A DNA stretch of 64,000 bases from assembly GCA_038046765.1 (NCBI GenBank), contig JBBSVN010000003.1:1-64000 (forward strand). Reading direction: 5' to 3'. Of this stretch, positions 20,823 to 30,635 are shown piece by piece (position 1 is the stretch's first letter; each line of letters starts with the position of its first letter). The position numbers were made by a program, and so were the translations under genes. Source of the stretch: Candidatus Micrarchaeota archaeon. GTDB lineage: Archaea > Micrarchaeota > Micrarchaeia > Anstonellales > Bilamarchaeaceae. The notes beneath the pieces are model-generated. The model was given only the letters and a program-made list of their open reading frames with translations, had not been told where the DNA came from and made no database searches.

Positions 20823-21449
20823 ATGGAACAAAAAACATTAATTACGGGCGCATTAGTAGTGCTGTCTTTGTTTCTAATCTATCTCTTCTTTTTCCAGGAA
20901 CCTGATTTATCTATAAACGACATACTTAGGGATAAGACAACACCTGGGCAATTTGTTTCCGCAGTAATTTCTTCTAATAATATTTATATTGTTCAAGACT
21001 TAGTAAACTCAAATGAAAGCGTTCGTAAAAATATTCAACAATGTGGGATTGACTTTGCCGGAAGTGCTGGTTTAGCGACAAAGGATAAAAAGATATTTGC
21101 TTTTGAAGATGGAAAGTGTTATCGATTAGATAATTCTCTTAGTGTACCTATCAATAAATGTCTTCTAGAAATAAAGAACAATCTTGATTCGGTTGTTTTT
21201 TACATAAAACAGGGACAAACCTCAACATTCTATAACCAGGGGATTCTGGTTGGTCTAGGTCAAAATTATTCTAGGGGGGACTGCAATGTTAACTTCGTTA
21301 ACCTGTCTAAATCTTCAGTTGCATCAAGTTCGAATAATGCTTCCGATATAATAAGAGAAATCGCTACAGACGTGATTAGGGATCCACGTAACACTAACCA
21401 AAGCAGTACTAATACATCTGCAGTTAGTGTTCAAAATCAATCAAAGTAA
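20823..21449 (+). CDS. membrane-anchored hypothetical protein
   Basis: N-terminal TM; Cys spacing resembles the C-terminal domain of the upstream ORF. Confidence 0.72.
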   Translation: MEQKTLITGALVVLSLFLIYLFFFQEPDLSINDILRDKTTPGQFVSAVISSNNIYIVQDLVNSNESVRKNIQQCGIDFAGSAGLATKDKKIFAFEDGKCYRLDNSLSVPINKCLLEIKNNLDSVVFYIKQGQTSTFYNQGILVGLGQNYSRGDCNVNFVNLSKSSVASSSNNASDIIREIATDVIRDPRNTNQSSTNTSAVSVQNQSK

Positions 21450-21542
21450 TAAGCTAGTTCTGTAGAAATGTTCTTAGAAATGTCGGAGTTTTACTGATGC
21501 AGATTGGTAAATGGGTCTACAAAGCCAAGCTAATCCACACTT

Positions 21543-22745
21543 CTATTTCTTATATCTTAAGAAAGCACCAATTCCAGTAAATCCAGCTAAAAATTGTGAC
21601 CCTTCAGCTGTTTTATCAGAAATCATTTCAACATCAATACTGCTCTCTCTTGCTAAATCAATTATATAATCTACAACAAGAACTGATTTTTCAACTCTTA
21701 ATTCTCCTTTGCACTTGGTGCAGGAGATTCGTTCAGGTTCCTTTTGCATGCTTACAACATCCAGCGTTTCGTTGCAACTATTGCACTTATATAAATAAAC
21801 TGTGCTTTGCAGTTCTTCGGATAGTAATATCTTTTCTGCTTGCCTTATCATTGTTGCTTCCTTTACTTTTTCATAACCATAAAGTGCAAGACCATTTTTT
21901 GATATTTCCTTAATAAAATTATCTATGACTTGTTTTTCCCTTATTGCTTCTTGTTCAGCAATCAAGTTTTCGCTTTTAGATAGAACTTCTCGTATTCCAT
22001 ATTCATCTGTATACCCTGTATCTACCATTCCTAAGATTTTTAATTGATAATTATACGGTTTAAGCTTCATGAATGAATCTTTTGCAGGGCCAGGTCCTCC
22101 AACGATTATCCCCTTAACCTTACCTAAGAAACATTCGTCCATATACTCTCCAATTCTTTTATGGTAGTACTCTATAGATTCTTCAACTAAACGTTGGTAT
22201 CGTCGTTGTGATTGTCCTCCTTTTGAAACTTTGGCGTGGGCCATTGAAACTAATTTCTTTAAAATTTCGGTATTTTTACCTCTTAAAATTGCAAGTGTGG
22301 CTTCTCGACCATCCATTACAACTAATCCATATGCATCCTTTGTCTCAATCATATCCTCGAGTGGTTGTATAAAGAATTTATTATCGCATCTATACGCACT
22401 TACATTTAATTCAAAAGGTGGCTCAACAGAAAAAACTTCCATTTCAATCTTAGCCGAGTTATTGCTGGTATTTCCGCAAAATACTGCTAGTCCGTTTGGC
22501 GGAGTTGATTTAAACATTTTTAGATAGCCAATCATTCGTTCTAGTGCGCCCATAACATTTGTTTTTGTAGACTTAGATTTGATGTTACTCGCTTGGCCTA
22601 GTTCTTCTCTTAATTTGGCTGATGAATCATGAATTGGCGCTCCTTTGGCAACATATAAACTAATAAGTTCGGTACCGCTACCTTGAAATGCCCTAAGTTT
22701 TCTTAATAATTTTTTAAACTCGTATAATTTTTCACTTTCGCTCAT
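21543..22745 (-). CDS. prf1: peptide chain release factor aRF1
   Basis: GTELISLY, NIKS, YRCDNKF, GGQSQRR; start set at ATG 22745. Confidence 0.97.
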   Translation of the reverse strand: MSESEKLYEFKKLLRKLRAFQGSGTELISLYVAKGAPIHDSSAKLREELGQASNIKSKSTKTNVMGALERMIGYLKMFKSTPPNGLAVFCGNTSNNSAKIEMEVFSVEPPFELNVSAYRCDNKFFIQPLEDMIETKDAYGLVVMDGREATLAILRGKNTEILKKLVSMAHAKVSKGGQSQRRYQRLVEESIEYYHKRIGEYMDECFLGKVKGIIVGGPGPAKDSFMKLKPYNYQLKILGMVDTGYTDEYGIREVLSKSENLIAEQEAIREKQVIDNFIKEISKNGLALYGYEKVKEATMIRQAEKILLSEELQSTVYLYKCNSCNETLDVVSMQKEPERISCTKCKGELRVEKSVLVVDYIIDLARESSIDVEMISDKTAEGSQFLAGFTGIGAFLRYKK

Positions 22746-22826
22746 AGTATATTGATGCCCTTTACTCTTTAAAAACCCTAATCCTAAGTCTACTATTTTA
22801 TATTCTTTTTCTTTGTAACTAGTTTT

Positions 22827-24458
22827 ATGCATACTTACGTTAAAAGCGGTTTAATAATTAGTTTTTTGTTATTTATTCTTACTTCTGCCTCTTCATCTGA
22901 TTGGTTTTATGGGACCGGTAGTTCAATTACTGCCGAGCCGCTCGTTTTTCAAAATGGGATAATCATTGAAACAGAATCCGGTATGCTTTCTTTTTTAGAT
23001 CAACAAGGTAATAGCCTTTGGAATACAATGCTGGAAAAATATCTAAATTCACCATCTATTTATCAAAATGAGCTTGTTGTGTCAAGTACAAATTGTAATA
23101 TCTTCTTTGTAAAATCCGATGGGGCTATAAGAAAACAAATCCCAGTAAAGGCATCTTCATTTAATCCAAAAATTTGTTTTGGAACTTACGACTCCGATCG
23201 AGTATATATAAGTTCTAGTGCGGGTTTAGCAGTTATAGAAAAAAATAATAGTATAACTCCGCTTTATTTAGTTAATGCCACGCTAACTAGACCATTTGTA
23301 GATAACAGAAGAATTATTTTTGGTGCAGATAATAAATTAATTTCCATAAAACCATCCGGCGAACTAATCTGGTCAAGCTCCATTGGTCAGGTCTGGACAT
23401 CAAAAGTAGTTGTTTTTTCAAATACGTTATATATCGGTTCAATTGATGGGTCAGTTTATGCTTTTAATATAATTGATGGCACTAAACTTTGGCAATTCCA
23501 AACAAACGGCTGGATTACGGGTAATGTATTATATAATAATGGGGTAGTCTATTTTGGAAGCCTGGACGGTTATTTATATGCTGTTAATTCGGTAGATGGA
23601 AAATTGATCTGGAAAACTAGAACTGATGGCCCAATCTCTGCAAGTCCTATAGTTACAAACTTCGCCGGAAATTTGGCACTTATTGCTGGTTCGGATAGTG
23701 GATCATTATATGTTTTTGAAAAATCATCTGGTAAGATACTTGCAAGATTTCAAGCACGAAATACTATTGGCGGTGTTGCAAGCATAGATTCAAATATTTA
23801 TATCGCCTCAAAAGAAGGAACTATAAATCAGATAAATTCAATGCAAGGTTGTACAATAAATGAGCCCCCTGACTTAACGCAAGTCGGATTTAAAGAAATT
23901 GCGATACAAGGTGCAGCCGTATCTCAAGGTCAGGCCAATAATGTTAATCTTTTCTTAAATGGTAATCTTCTATCTAATACTCAATTAAATAACAATCTTT
24001 GGACTTATTATCTAGACCCACAAAATTTAAAACCGGGGTTAAATACTATCGAGTGCAATTTTGGTAATAGTCCTTCTTCCACTGGACAAAAACTTAATTT
24101 AAGAAGGTCTACTTCACTAGAAAAAGGAGAATTCTTAGTAACTTATCCATCAAAAGTAAAAGAGGGCGCATCAATTAATGTTTCTGTAGTTGATGCGGTT
24201 GATGGTTCAGTAGTACAAAATTTTGCAATCGATTTTAATAATAAGAAATACACTTCAAATGGAAATATTACGTTAAGCGTTCAAACTCCTGGAAAATATA
24301 TTTTAACTATAAGTAAAACTGGTTTTAACACGAAACAATTCGTAATCGAAGTTGGATCACAAAACGATATTGTAACTCAATTATTACCATTCATTCTAGG
24401 TATTCTCGCGATTATACTAATTTATCAAGTATATAAAAAATTCATAAAGAAAGAGTAA
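22827..24458 (+). CDS. PQQ-like beta-propeller surface protein
   Basis: Repeated YIGSIDGSVYA/YFGSLDGYLYA..GKLIW motifs; signal peptide and C-terminal TM. Confidence 0.88.
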   Translation: MHTYVKSGLIISFLLFILTSASSSDWFYGTGSSITAEPLVFQNGIIIETESGMLSFLDQQGNSLWNTMLEKYLNSPSIYQNELVVSSTNCNIFFVKSDGAIRKQIPVKASSFNPKICFGTYDSDRVYISSSAGLAVIEKNNSITPLYLVNATLTRPFVDNRRIIFGADNKLISIKPSGELIWSSSIGQVWTSKVVVFSNTLYIGSIDGSVYAFNIIDGTKLWQFQTNGWITGNVLYNNGVVYFGSLDGYLYAVNSVDGKLIWKTRTDGPISASPIVTNFAGNLALIAGSDSGSLYVFEKSSGKILARFQARNTIGGVASIDSNIYIASKEGTINQINSMQGCTINEPPDLTQVGFKEIAIQGAAVSQGQANNVNLFLNGNLLSNTQLNNNLWTYYLDPQNLKPGLNTIECNFGNSPSSTGQKLNLRRSTSLEKGEFLVTYPSKVKEGASINVSVVDAVDGSVVQNFAIDFNNKKYTSNGNITLSVQTPGKYILTISKTGFNTKQFVIEVGSQNDIVTQLLPFILGILAIILIYQVYKKFIKKE

Positions 24459-24483
24459 TTTCTGACATTAATATGTGTCTTGT

Positions 24484-24621
24484 CTAGCCAAAGATAAATC
24501 CTACTGCCGCAATAGTACCTACTACTAATGTTGCACCTATAATTAATGCTACGGCTAATATTTCATGCATACATACGTTTTTCTTGTTCTTTTGACATTT
24601 CTTTGTAATCTTGCAAATCAT
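24484..24621 (-). CDS. 45-aa small membrane protein (not in ORF track)
   Basis: GGTGA RBS, then MICKITKKCQKNKKNVCMHEILAVALIIGATLVVGTIAAVGFIFG. Confidence 0.65.
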   Translation of the reverse strand: MICKITKKCQKNKKNVCMHEILAVALIIGATLVVGTIAAVGFIFG

Positions 24622-24732
24622 ATTTTCACCTTTAACATAAAGCTTTTTTGCCTTTAATGTTTTATTATATGATTATATATGTATCTAAAAGTATTTAAAT
24701 GTTGTGGTTTTTGGTAAATTTATCTGTTTGAG

Positions 24733-24930
24733 ACCTGACTTTCGCAAATACGATTTCGCTTACGTCGATGCGAAAATGGTTAAGCATCAGGTTACGTCGA
24801 GACTGTTTCCACTACATTTTTCTTCGTTTAGAAAAATTAGCAGATTTTTCTAATACTCGCAAAGACGACTCTTTGCGAGAAAGTGCGAAATCTCCGCGTT
24901 CGTCGTAAAGATTTTTTGAGTTTGCGAAAT
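24733..24930. repeat. GC-enriched multi-hairpin intergenic element
   Basis: Inverted repeats TTAGAAAAAT/ATTTTTCTAA (24828-24853), CTCGCAAAGA/TCTTTGCGAG (24856-24879) and TTTCGC/GCGAAA; TTACGTCGA occurs twice. Confidence 0.55.
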
Positions 24931-25053
24931 TTGGGTGAGAAAGAAAGTATACTTCCAAATCCCATAAAAGATAATATATCAAAAAGAAAAAAAATAACAA
25001 TTTCTGCATTAGGTTTTCAAAAGAAGGATCTTTACAGAATTATTCATAAATAC

Positions 25054-26298
25054 CTATTTTTCAGCAAACTTATGCATATCTCTTTTTATAAAATAAAAAT
25101 AGAAAAATGCCCATGCACAAAACATTACTATACTTGCAGTTATTATCGGGAGAGTTTTATCTATTGATACAATTACTCCTGCTATTAATGGTGGTATTGC
25201 CTGACCTAAGGCTTGTATTGACTGATTTATTCCAAGAACTTCTCCTTGGGATTTTTTATCGCTTAAATTAGATATTAATGCTGTTGAGTTTGGATATGTT
25301 AACCCATTTGATATTGAAATAAGTGGCATAACAATAAGAAACATTATTGGATCGTTTGGGATTAATATTACTAACAATGCGATTGCAAGAACTAATATTG
25401 AACTTTGTAGAATGTGGTGAGGTGAATACTTTTTAACGAACTGTCTATTAATTAAACCCTGCGTTATCGCAATCCAAATCCCAATGTACGCAAATATGTC
25501 GCCTATCTGTGACTGGTTGAAGTTAAATTTTTGAACTAAATATACCTGAAAAAATTGTGTGAAGAAACTAAAACCAAATGTTATAAGGAACACTACTAAG
25601 AACATAATTCTTAAATTTGGCATTGTTAGTGCTTTTTGGATGTTTTTAATTCCCATAAATACGTTTATCTTAGCATCTAGTTTATGCTTCAATGTCTCCT
25701 TAAAATTTAAACTCATTATTATTATGTTTAACAAACAAAGTGCTGCTGCAAAGAAAAATGGGGTTGAAAAGTTAAACCATGGGGCTAATGTTGAGTCAGA
25801 TAATTTACCTCCTATAAATGGCCCTAGTATAAATCCCAAACCAAAAACCATGCCTACCATGCCAAAATTCTTTGCCTTTGATTTTTCATCGCTAAGGTCA
25901 GAAATTGCTGAAAGTGCTATTGATATATTCCCGCCAGTAAATCCGTCAATTAATCTCGCAATAATCATTACGTCTAGTCTTCCTAGTACAATTCCAATTG
26001 CGAAAAGTATATATCCAAAAAGTGTTCCAACTAAGGAAACAAGTAGCATTTTTTTCCGGCCATATCTGTCAGATAATCCGCCCAATATCGGTGCACCTAT
26101 AAATTGTGCTAAAGGATAAGATGCTATAACAAGTCCAAGTAGTAGTGTTCTTTGTGCCATAGTATACTCTACTGGCAGCAAGCCTGGCCCTCCGCTTAAA
26201 AAAAGAGGGGCGAAAATAGGTATGACAATACCTAATCCAAGTAGATCAAGAAACACTGTAAAATATATGGGTAAAAATGAGGTTTTAGTTTCGTTCAT
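25054..26298 (-). CDS. MFS efflux transporter (TetA/DHA1-like)
   Basis: GGLSDRYGRK motif A, GFILGPFIGG motif C, about 12 TM. Confidence 0.93.
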   Translation of the reverse strand: MNETKTSFLPIYFTVFLDLLGLGIVIPIFAPLFLSGGPGLLPVEYTMAQRTLLLGLVIASYPLAQFIGAPILGGLSDRYGRKKMLLVSLVGTLFGYILFAIGIVLGRLDVMIIARLIDGFTGGNISIALSAISDLSDEKSKAKNFGMVGMVFGLGFILGPFIGGKLSDSTLAPWFNFSTPFFFAAALCLLNIIIMSLNFKETLKHKLDAKINVFMGIKNIQKALTMPNLRIMFLVVFLITFGFSFFTQFFQVYLVQKFNFNQSQIGDIFAYIGIWIAITQGLINRQFVKKYSPHHILQSSILVLAIALLVILIPNDPIMFLIVMPLISISNGLTYPNSTALISNLSDKKSQGEVLGINQSIQALGQAIPPLIAGVIVSIDKTLPIITASIVMFCAWAFFYFYFIKRDMHKFAEK

Positions 26299-26340
26299 CT
26301 TTGTAAATGCGGTTTATAAATTTTTAAACACACCCTTTTC

Positions 26341-28113
26341 TTACTTAACAGTAACGCTCTTAGCTAAATTTCTTGGCCTATCTACATCTCGATTTAGGAG
26401 AACTGCTGTGTGATACGCAATAAGTTGCATTGGAATTACTTCTAAAAACGGATACAATACATCCTCGTCTAGTTTTGGAATTTGTACCCAGATGTTAAAT
26501 GAAGGGTGTGCCTTGTTACTTATTCCGATTACATACGCCCCGCGCGCTTTAGTTTCAAGACCATTGTTCAAAGTATCAACCATCGTATAATCTTCCGGAG
26601 CCAGTAAAATTACCGGAATTCCAGGTTCAATTAAAGCGAGCGTTCCGTGTTTTAATTCTCCAGCAGGCATTCCTTCAGCATGGATATAACTTATTTCTTT
26701 TAGTTTTAATGCGCCTTCAAGGGCTAGCGGAAAATTAACTCCCCGTCCAAGCATATACACATGGTTTTTAACTTTTAAGTACTCAGCTATTTCTCTTGCT
26801 TTTTGATCAAAATAAGGCAAGTTTTCTTGTAATGTTTCAGAAATTTTTTCTATTTGTTTAACTGCATTTTCCATTGAACCATTAAGGTTGCTTGCAATCA
26901 AATAAAATGCAAGAACCTGATTAGTAAATGCTTTTGTGCTAGCTACTGCAATTTCTGGACCGCAATTTATGTAAAAAACTTCCTCGCTTTCACGAGCTAG
27001 TGTAGAAGATGGGACATTTACTATGCTGATTATTTTTATTCCTTTTTGTTTTGCTTTTCTTACGCATTCTAAAACGTCAGCAGTTTCGCCGCTTTGAGAA
27101 ACAGCTAAAATTACTGTATCTTTATCTAGGTTATCTACAAAATAGCTAAACTCATGTGCCATCATCACATCTAAATTGTAGTTAGCAATCCGATTTAGCA
27201 TGTGTTTTCCTATTACTGCCGCGTGCCTGGCTGTTCCGCATGCAATCGCAATAACCTTTTTATTTTTCATAAAGTTAGCGAGTTTTTCTGCTGCATTTGT
27301 GTTTAAACCAAGTTTTAATGTTTGCGGTTGTCCAAATATTTCTTTTAACATGTAATGCGGATAGTTATCAAGCTCTGCCCCGTCTGCTACCCAATCTATG
27401 GTTATTGGTTTTTTCTCAACATTTTCATTTTTGAAACTATTGTAAAATAAAAGTTTAAAATTATCGTTGCTGTCTTTTTTTGCGTGTGCGATTTCCCCCT
27501 CGCTTAAATAGATTGCTTTGTTTGTCTGCTTAAAAAATGCGAGTGGATCACTTGCAAACATAATACAATTATCTGATAAACCAACAACTAAGGGGCTCTC
27601 GTTTTTCATCGCAACCATTTCTTTTTCATGTTTAGATGAAATCGCAACAATTGCAAATGAACCTTTTATTTTTCCTGAAACAATTTTTGCTTTTTCAAAA
27701 AGGTTACCTTCTGCTTCTTCAAATAAATGTGCAACTACTTCGCTGTCTGTTTGGGATTTAAACGTATGATCTCTTTTTATTAAGTCTTCTCTTAATTCCA
27801 AATAATTTTCGATTATTCCATTATGAACTATTGCGATTTCTTCTTTGCAATCTGTGTGCGGGTGCGCGTTCTGGTCAGTAACTCCTCCATGTGTTGCCCA
27901 TCTGGTATGGCCTACGAGTACATCTGAGACTCCTTTTTTTGTTGCAGAAGTTATTCTTCCTTTTTTCTTTTCAACATTCAGGCCGTTTTGGTCGTAAAAA
28001 GCATATCCCCAGCTGTCATAACCTCGGTATTCTAGAGTTTTTAGTCCACTTACTAGTTCATTAATATGAGTATCAGTTGGTTTTAATTTTAACATTCCAA
28101 TAATTCCGCACAT
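26341..28113 (-). CDS. glmS: glutamine-fructose-6-phosphate aminotransferase
   Basis: MCGIIG, GHTRWATHG, SQSGETAD, PRNLAKSVTV. Confidence 0.98.
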   Translation of the reverse strand: MCGIIGMLKLKPTDTHINELVSGLKTLEYRGYDSWGYAFYDQNGLNVEKKKGRITSATKKGVSDVLVGHTRWATHGGVTDQNAHPHTDCKEEIAIVHNGIIENYLELREDLIKRDHTFKSQTDSEVVAHLFEEAEGNLFEKAKIVSGKIKGSFAIVAISSKHEKEMVAMKNESPLVVGLSDNCIMFASDPLAFFKQTNKAIYLSEGEIAHAKKDSNDNFKLLFYNSFKNENVEKKPITIDWVADGAELDNYPHYMLKEIFGQPQTLKLGLNTNAAEKLANFMKNKKVIAIACGTARHAAVIGKHMLNRIANYNLDVMMAHEFSYFVDNLDKDTVILAVSQSGETADVLECVRKAKQKGIKIISIVNVPSSTLARESEEVFYINCGPEIAVASTKAFTNQVLAFYLIASNLNGSMENAVKQIEKISETLQENLPYFDQKAREIAEYLKVKNHVYMLGRGVNFPLALEGALKLKEISYIHAEGMPAGELKHGTLALIEPGIPVILLAPEDYTMVDTLNNGLETKARGAYVIGISNKAHPSFNIWVQIPKLDEDVLYPFLEVIPMQLIAYHTAVLLNRDVDRPRNLAKSVTVK

Positions 28114-28230
28114 ATCTGCACCTCGATTATAGAACGTTCTAGCGAAGTCTTTTTAAACTGTATCTAAATTAATTTTTAATAGTATTAAAAAAATATTTGT
28201 AGTAGTAGATATAGAAAACTAAATTCGTGG

Positions 28231-29136
28231 TTGTTGCATATGAAATTACTTTCCGATGATGAAAAAATGCTTAGCTGTGTTGAACTTAAAGAAGATCAAA
28301 TAAATGTTCTTTCTAGTGACAGAATACAAATACTTAAAATGTTAAGTTCCCGGCCTATGTATCCAGCTGAAATCGCCCGCATGTTAAAAATTCAAATACA
28401 AGCCGTTTACTATCATATTAAAATTCTAAAAGATGCTGAACTTATAAAATTCTCAGGTTACGAAGAAAAACAGGGTGCAATAGCAAAAACTTTTTCTATT
28501 AATTCAAATGCAATTGCAATTGTAATCAATGAAAAAGGTTGGAAAAAATATTCTCCAATAAACAGGTCTATTCCAAAAATTATTTCTCCCTTTATTAATC
28601 ATGATATTTTCGACGCAAAATTTGTTCTTGGTTCTCCTGAGCCTCACGGCAAATACAGGGCACGTGGAAGTGAATTTACCGTACTTGAATTAGCAATGTT
28701 GTTTGGTAATTATGCTGCATTTTATCCGCCAATTTATCTTCTTGATACCCAGATTCAACAAAAAAATCTTGAAGAAAATCTTATTCTGGCAGGAGGGCCT
28801 AAGGTAAATACTATTGTAGAAAAAATAAATAGCTCTTTAAAAATCGGGTTTACCTTGGATATGACCAGAATATATAGTAAACTATCGAAAAAAACTTACG
28901 GGGGGAATGTCGGTCTAATTGAACTTATGCAAAATCCTTTTGACAATAGTAAATCTATATTAACTATAAGCGGGTTAAATCATGCAGGTACGAGGGCAGC
29001 TACGCTAAGTCTAATAAAAAAACTTAAAGAGGTTGAGCAAGGTAATAGCATAAATTCAAATATTTTGGCTAAGGTTGTCGAAGGATTCGATGAAGATGGG
29101 GACGGAATCGTTGATAATGTTGAAATTTTAGAATAA
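28231..29136 (+). CDS. ArsR-like wHTH transcriptional regulator, divergent from glmS
   Basis: RIQILKML..YPAEIAR..VYYHIKIL N-terminal HTH; C-terminal NLILAGGPKVN domain. Confidence 0.8.
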   Translation: MLHMKLLSDDEKMLSCVELKEDQINVLSSDRIQILKMLSSRPMYPAEIARMLKIQIQAVYYHIKILKDAELIKFSGYEEKQGAIAKTFSINSNAIAIVINEKGWKKYSPINRSIPKIISPFINHDIFDAKFVLGSPEPHGKYRARGSEFTVLELAMLFGNYAAFYPPIYLLDTQIQQKNLEENLILAGGPKVNTIVEKINSSLKIGFTLDMTRIYSKLSKKTYGGNVGLIELMQNPFDNSKSILTISGLNHAGTRAATLSLIKKLKEVEQGNSINSNILAKVVEGFDEDGDGIVDNVEILE

Positions 29137-29152
29137 AAATTTTAGAATTATA

Positions 29153-29458
29153 TTGGAGGTGTTATATTTGGAACCAAAAGAATTTGAAAAAAAACTTCGG
29201 GACTTTATGAAAAAAGAAATGCCTGATTATCATTATCAGCTTGCCGTTTGCTATACTAGTGGGAAAGTGTCTCCTGACGGGAACATACAAATAACAAATC
29301 AGATTATTGGTTTTGATACGAAACAAGTTCCGTTTTCTATTGCGCACGCGCTTCTTAAATCTCTTGAAACTTCAGTCAATTCGATGTTACTTGGAATTTA
29401 TGGACCTATGACTACTAGTGCAATTAAGGAAAAATTTGATAATTCGATGCATCGGTAA
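29153..29458 (+). CDS. hypothetical protein
   Basis: 101-aa ORF directly after the regulator. Confidence 0.6.
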   Translation: MEVLYLEPKEFEKKLRDFMKKEMPDYHYQLAVCYTSGKVSPDGNIQITNQIIGFDTKQVPFSIAHALLKSLETSVNSMLLGIYGPMTTSAIKEKFDNSMHR

Positions 29459-29584
29459 TGCTAAAAAGTTGATTATAATTATTAATCATCAACTTTTATG
29501 TATAATTTTACTTATTTTCGTTTATTTTCTCCAACATCTTAGCAAAAGCTTTATAAATCTTTTCTTCGTTTGTTATTTCCCTTC

Positions 29585-29822
29585 GATGTTTTTTCGGATG
29601 GGAAAAAGGACAATTCGGTTGCCCTGAAAATGGTGCGACAATACCGGCCTCTATCTAACATTATGGCCATAAATATGAAGACTGGACTATAACTCTTCAT
29701 ATGAAACCCCTGTTAGGTAAGCATTGTGTATCTGCGCGAAAGAGATAACCTTTAAAGCGAACGAATGGGTTAAGATTTCAATCCGTAGTCGTTTAAGGAA
29801 CTGCTTTCACCGAGTCCAGTTT
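29585..29822 (+). ncRNA. candidate structured ncRNA with long-range pseudoknot (family not recognised)
   Basis: TATA-like TTTATAAA about 30 nt upstream, many nested helices, loop-to-3'-end complementarity, T-run after; no credible ORF. Confidence 0.6.
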
Positions 29823-29856
29823 TAATTAATTTTTTATTTAATAACCTGTGATTTTG

Positions 29857-30048
29857 ATGGCAAAATTAAAGAAAAAATTAAAAGTAAAGTCTTCTTCTAA
29901 ACCTAAATTAAAAACTAAGTTAAAAAATAAGAAAAAGGGTAAATCTGTTTCTAAAAAACAATTGGCATTAAAGTATCGTGGACCTAGTGGAAAAAGTAAA
30001 GCTTCAAAAGTAGCTAAATTAGTTAAAAGGGCTACTGGGTTAGCTTAA
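29857..30048 (+). CDS. 63-aa highly Lys-rich basic protein
   Basis: MAKLKKKLKVKSSSKPKLKTKLKNKKKGK...; no acidic residues. Confidence 0.7.
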   Translation: MAKLKKKLKVKSSSKPKLKTKLKNKKKGKSVSKKQLALKYRGPSGKSKASKVAKLVKRATGLA

Positions 30049-30543
30049 TTTATGTTTTCTTAAATCTGGACTCCTATCTGGTGATTTTCTACCTCTTAGT
30101 AGAGTTTCTAAATCTCCAAACCTGCATTCTTTCGTTAGTGCCTTTTCAATACTTAATCTGCAGCTTTTAAGTTCCCTTGCCTGAGTTGGTGTTAACTCAA
30201 TGTCTCTTCTTCTAATTTGTTCTCCCACTTCTCTAAGCTTCTGTTCAATACTTGCAGGGACATTGTCTAGTTGTGCAAAATACTTGAATATTACGATCAT
30301 CTTGTTCGTGCTTCTATCTAAAACTTCTTTCAATTCCTTTTCTTGCTGAGAAGTTAAGATAATCCCTCTTTTTTTAACCTCCATTGCCAATTCAAACGCA
30401 GCCTCATGAACTTCTTTGTATTGATCCAAGATGTTTTTAGCTCTGTTCAAAGAAATTTCTTTTACTATTTCATCAGATTTTTCCTCATCTTTGATTAGAA
30501 TCCAAAGTGCTCTTATATGTCCTACAATTTCAGCATTATGCAT
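30040..30543 (-). CDS. hypothetical helical protein (orphan)
   Basis: 167-aa ORF, GAGG RBS, internal repeat (RGIILTSQQEKELK / RDIELTPTQARELK). Confidence 0.72.
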   Translation of the reverse strand: MHNAEIVGHIRALWILIKDEEKSDEIVKEISLNRAKNILDQYKEVHEAAFELAMEVKKRGIILTSQQEKELKEVLDRSTNKMIVIFKYFAQLDNVPASIEQKLREVGEQIRRRDIELTPTQARELKSCRLSIEKALTKECRFGDLETLLRGRKSPDRSPDLRKHKLS

Positions 30544-30635
30544 TAGAAAACCTCTATTTGTAATGTAAGTTTTTATGATTCAATATATTTAAATAACTAC
30601 CAGATACCACAAATGTACTTATTTTTATTGAAAAA

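Noticed and set aside
24812..25167. Track ORFs over the hairpin element
   Set aside because: Overlapping opposite-strand frames best explained by palindromic DNA and overlap with the MFS gene.
29585..29822. RNase P, SRP, group I intron or HEARO/omega RNA identity
   Set aside because: Only short scattered word matches; diagnostic motifs are missing or out of order, and no IscB/TnpB is adjacent.
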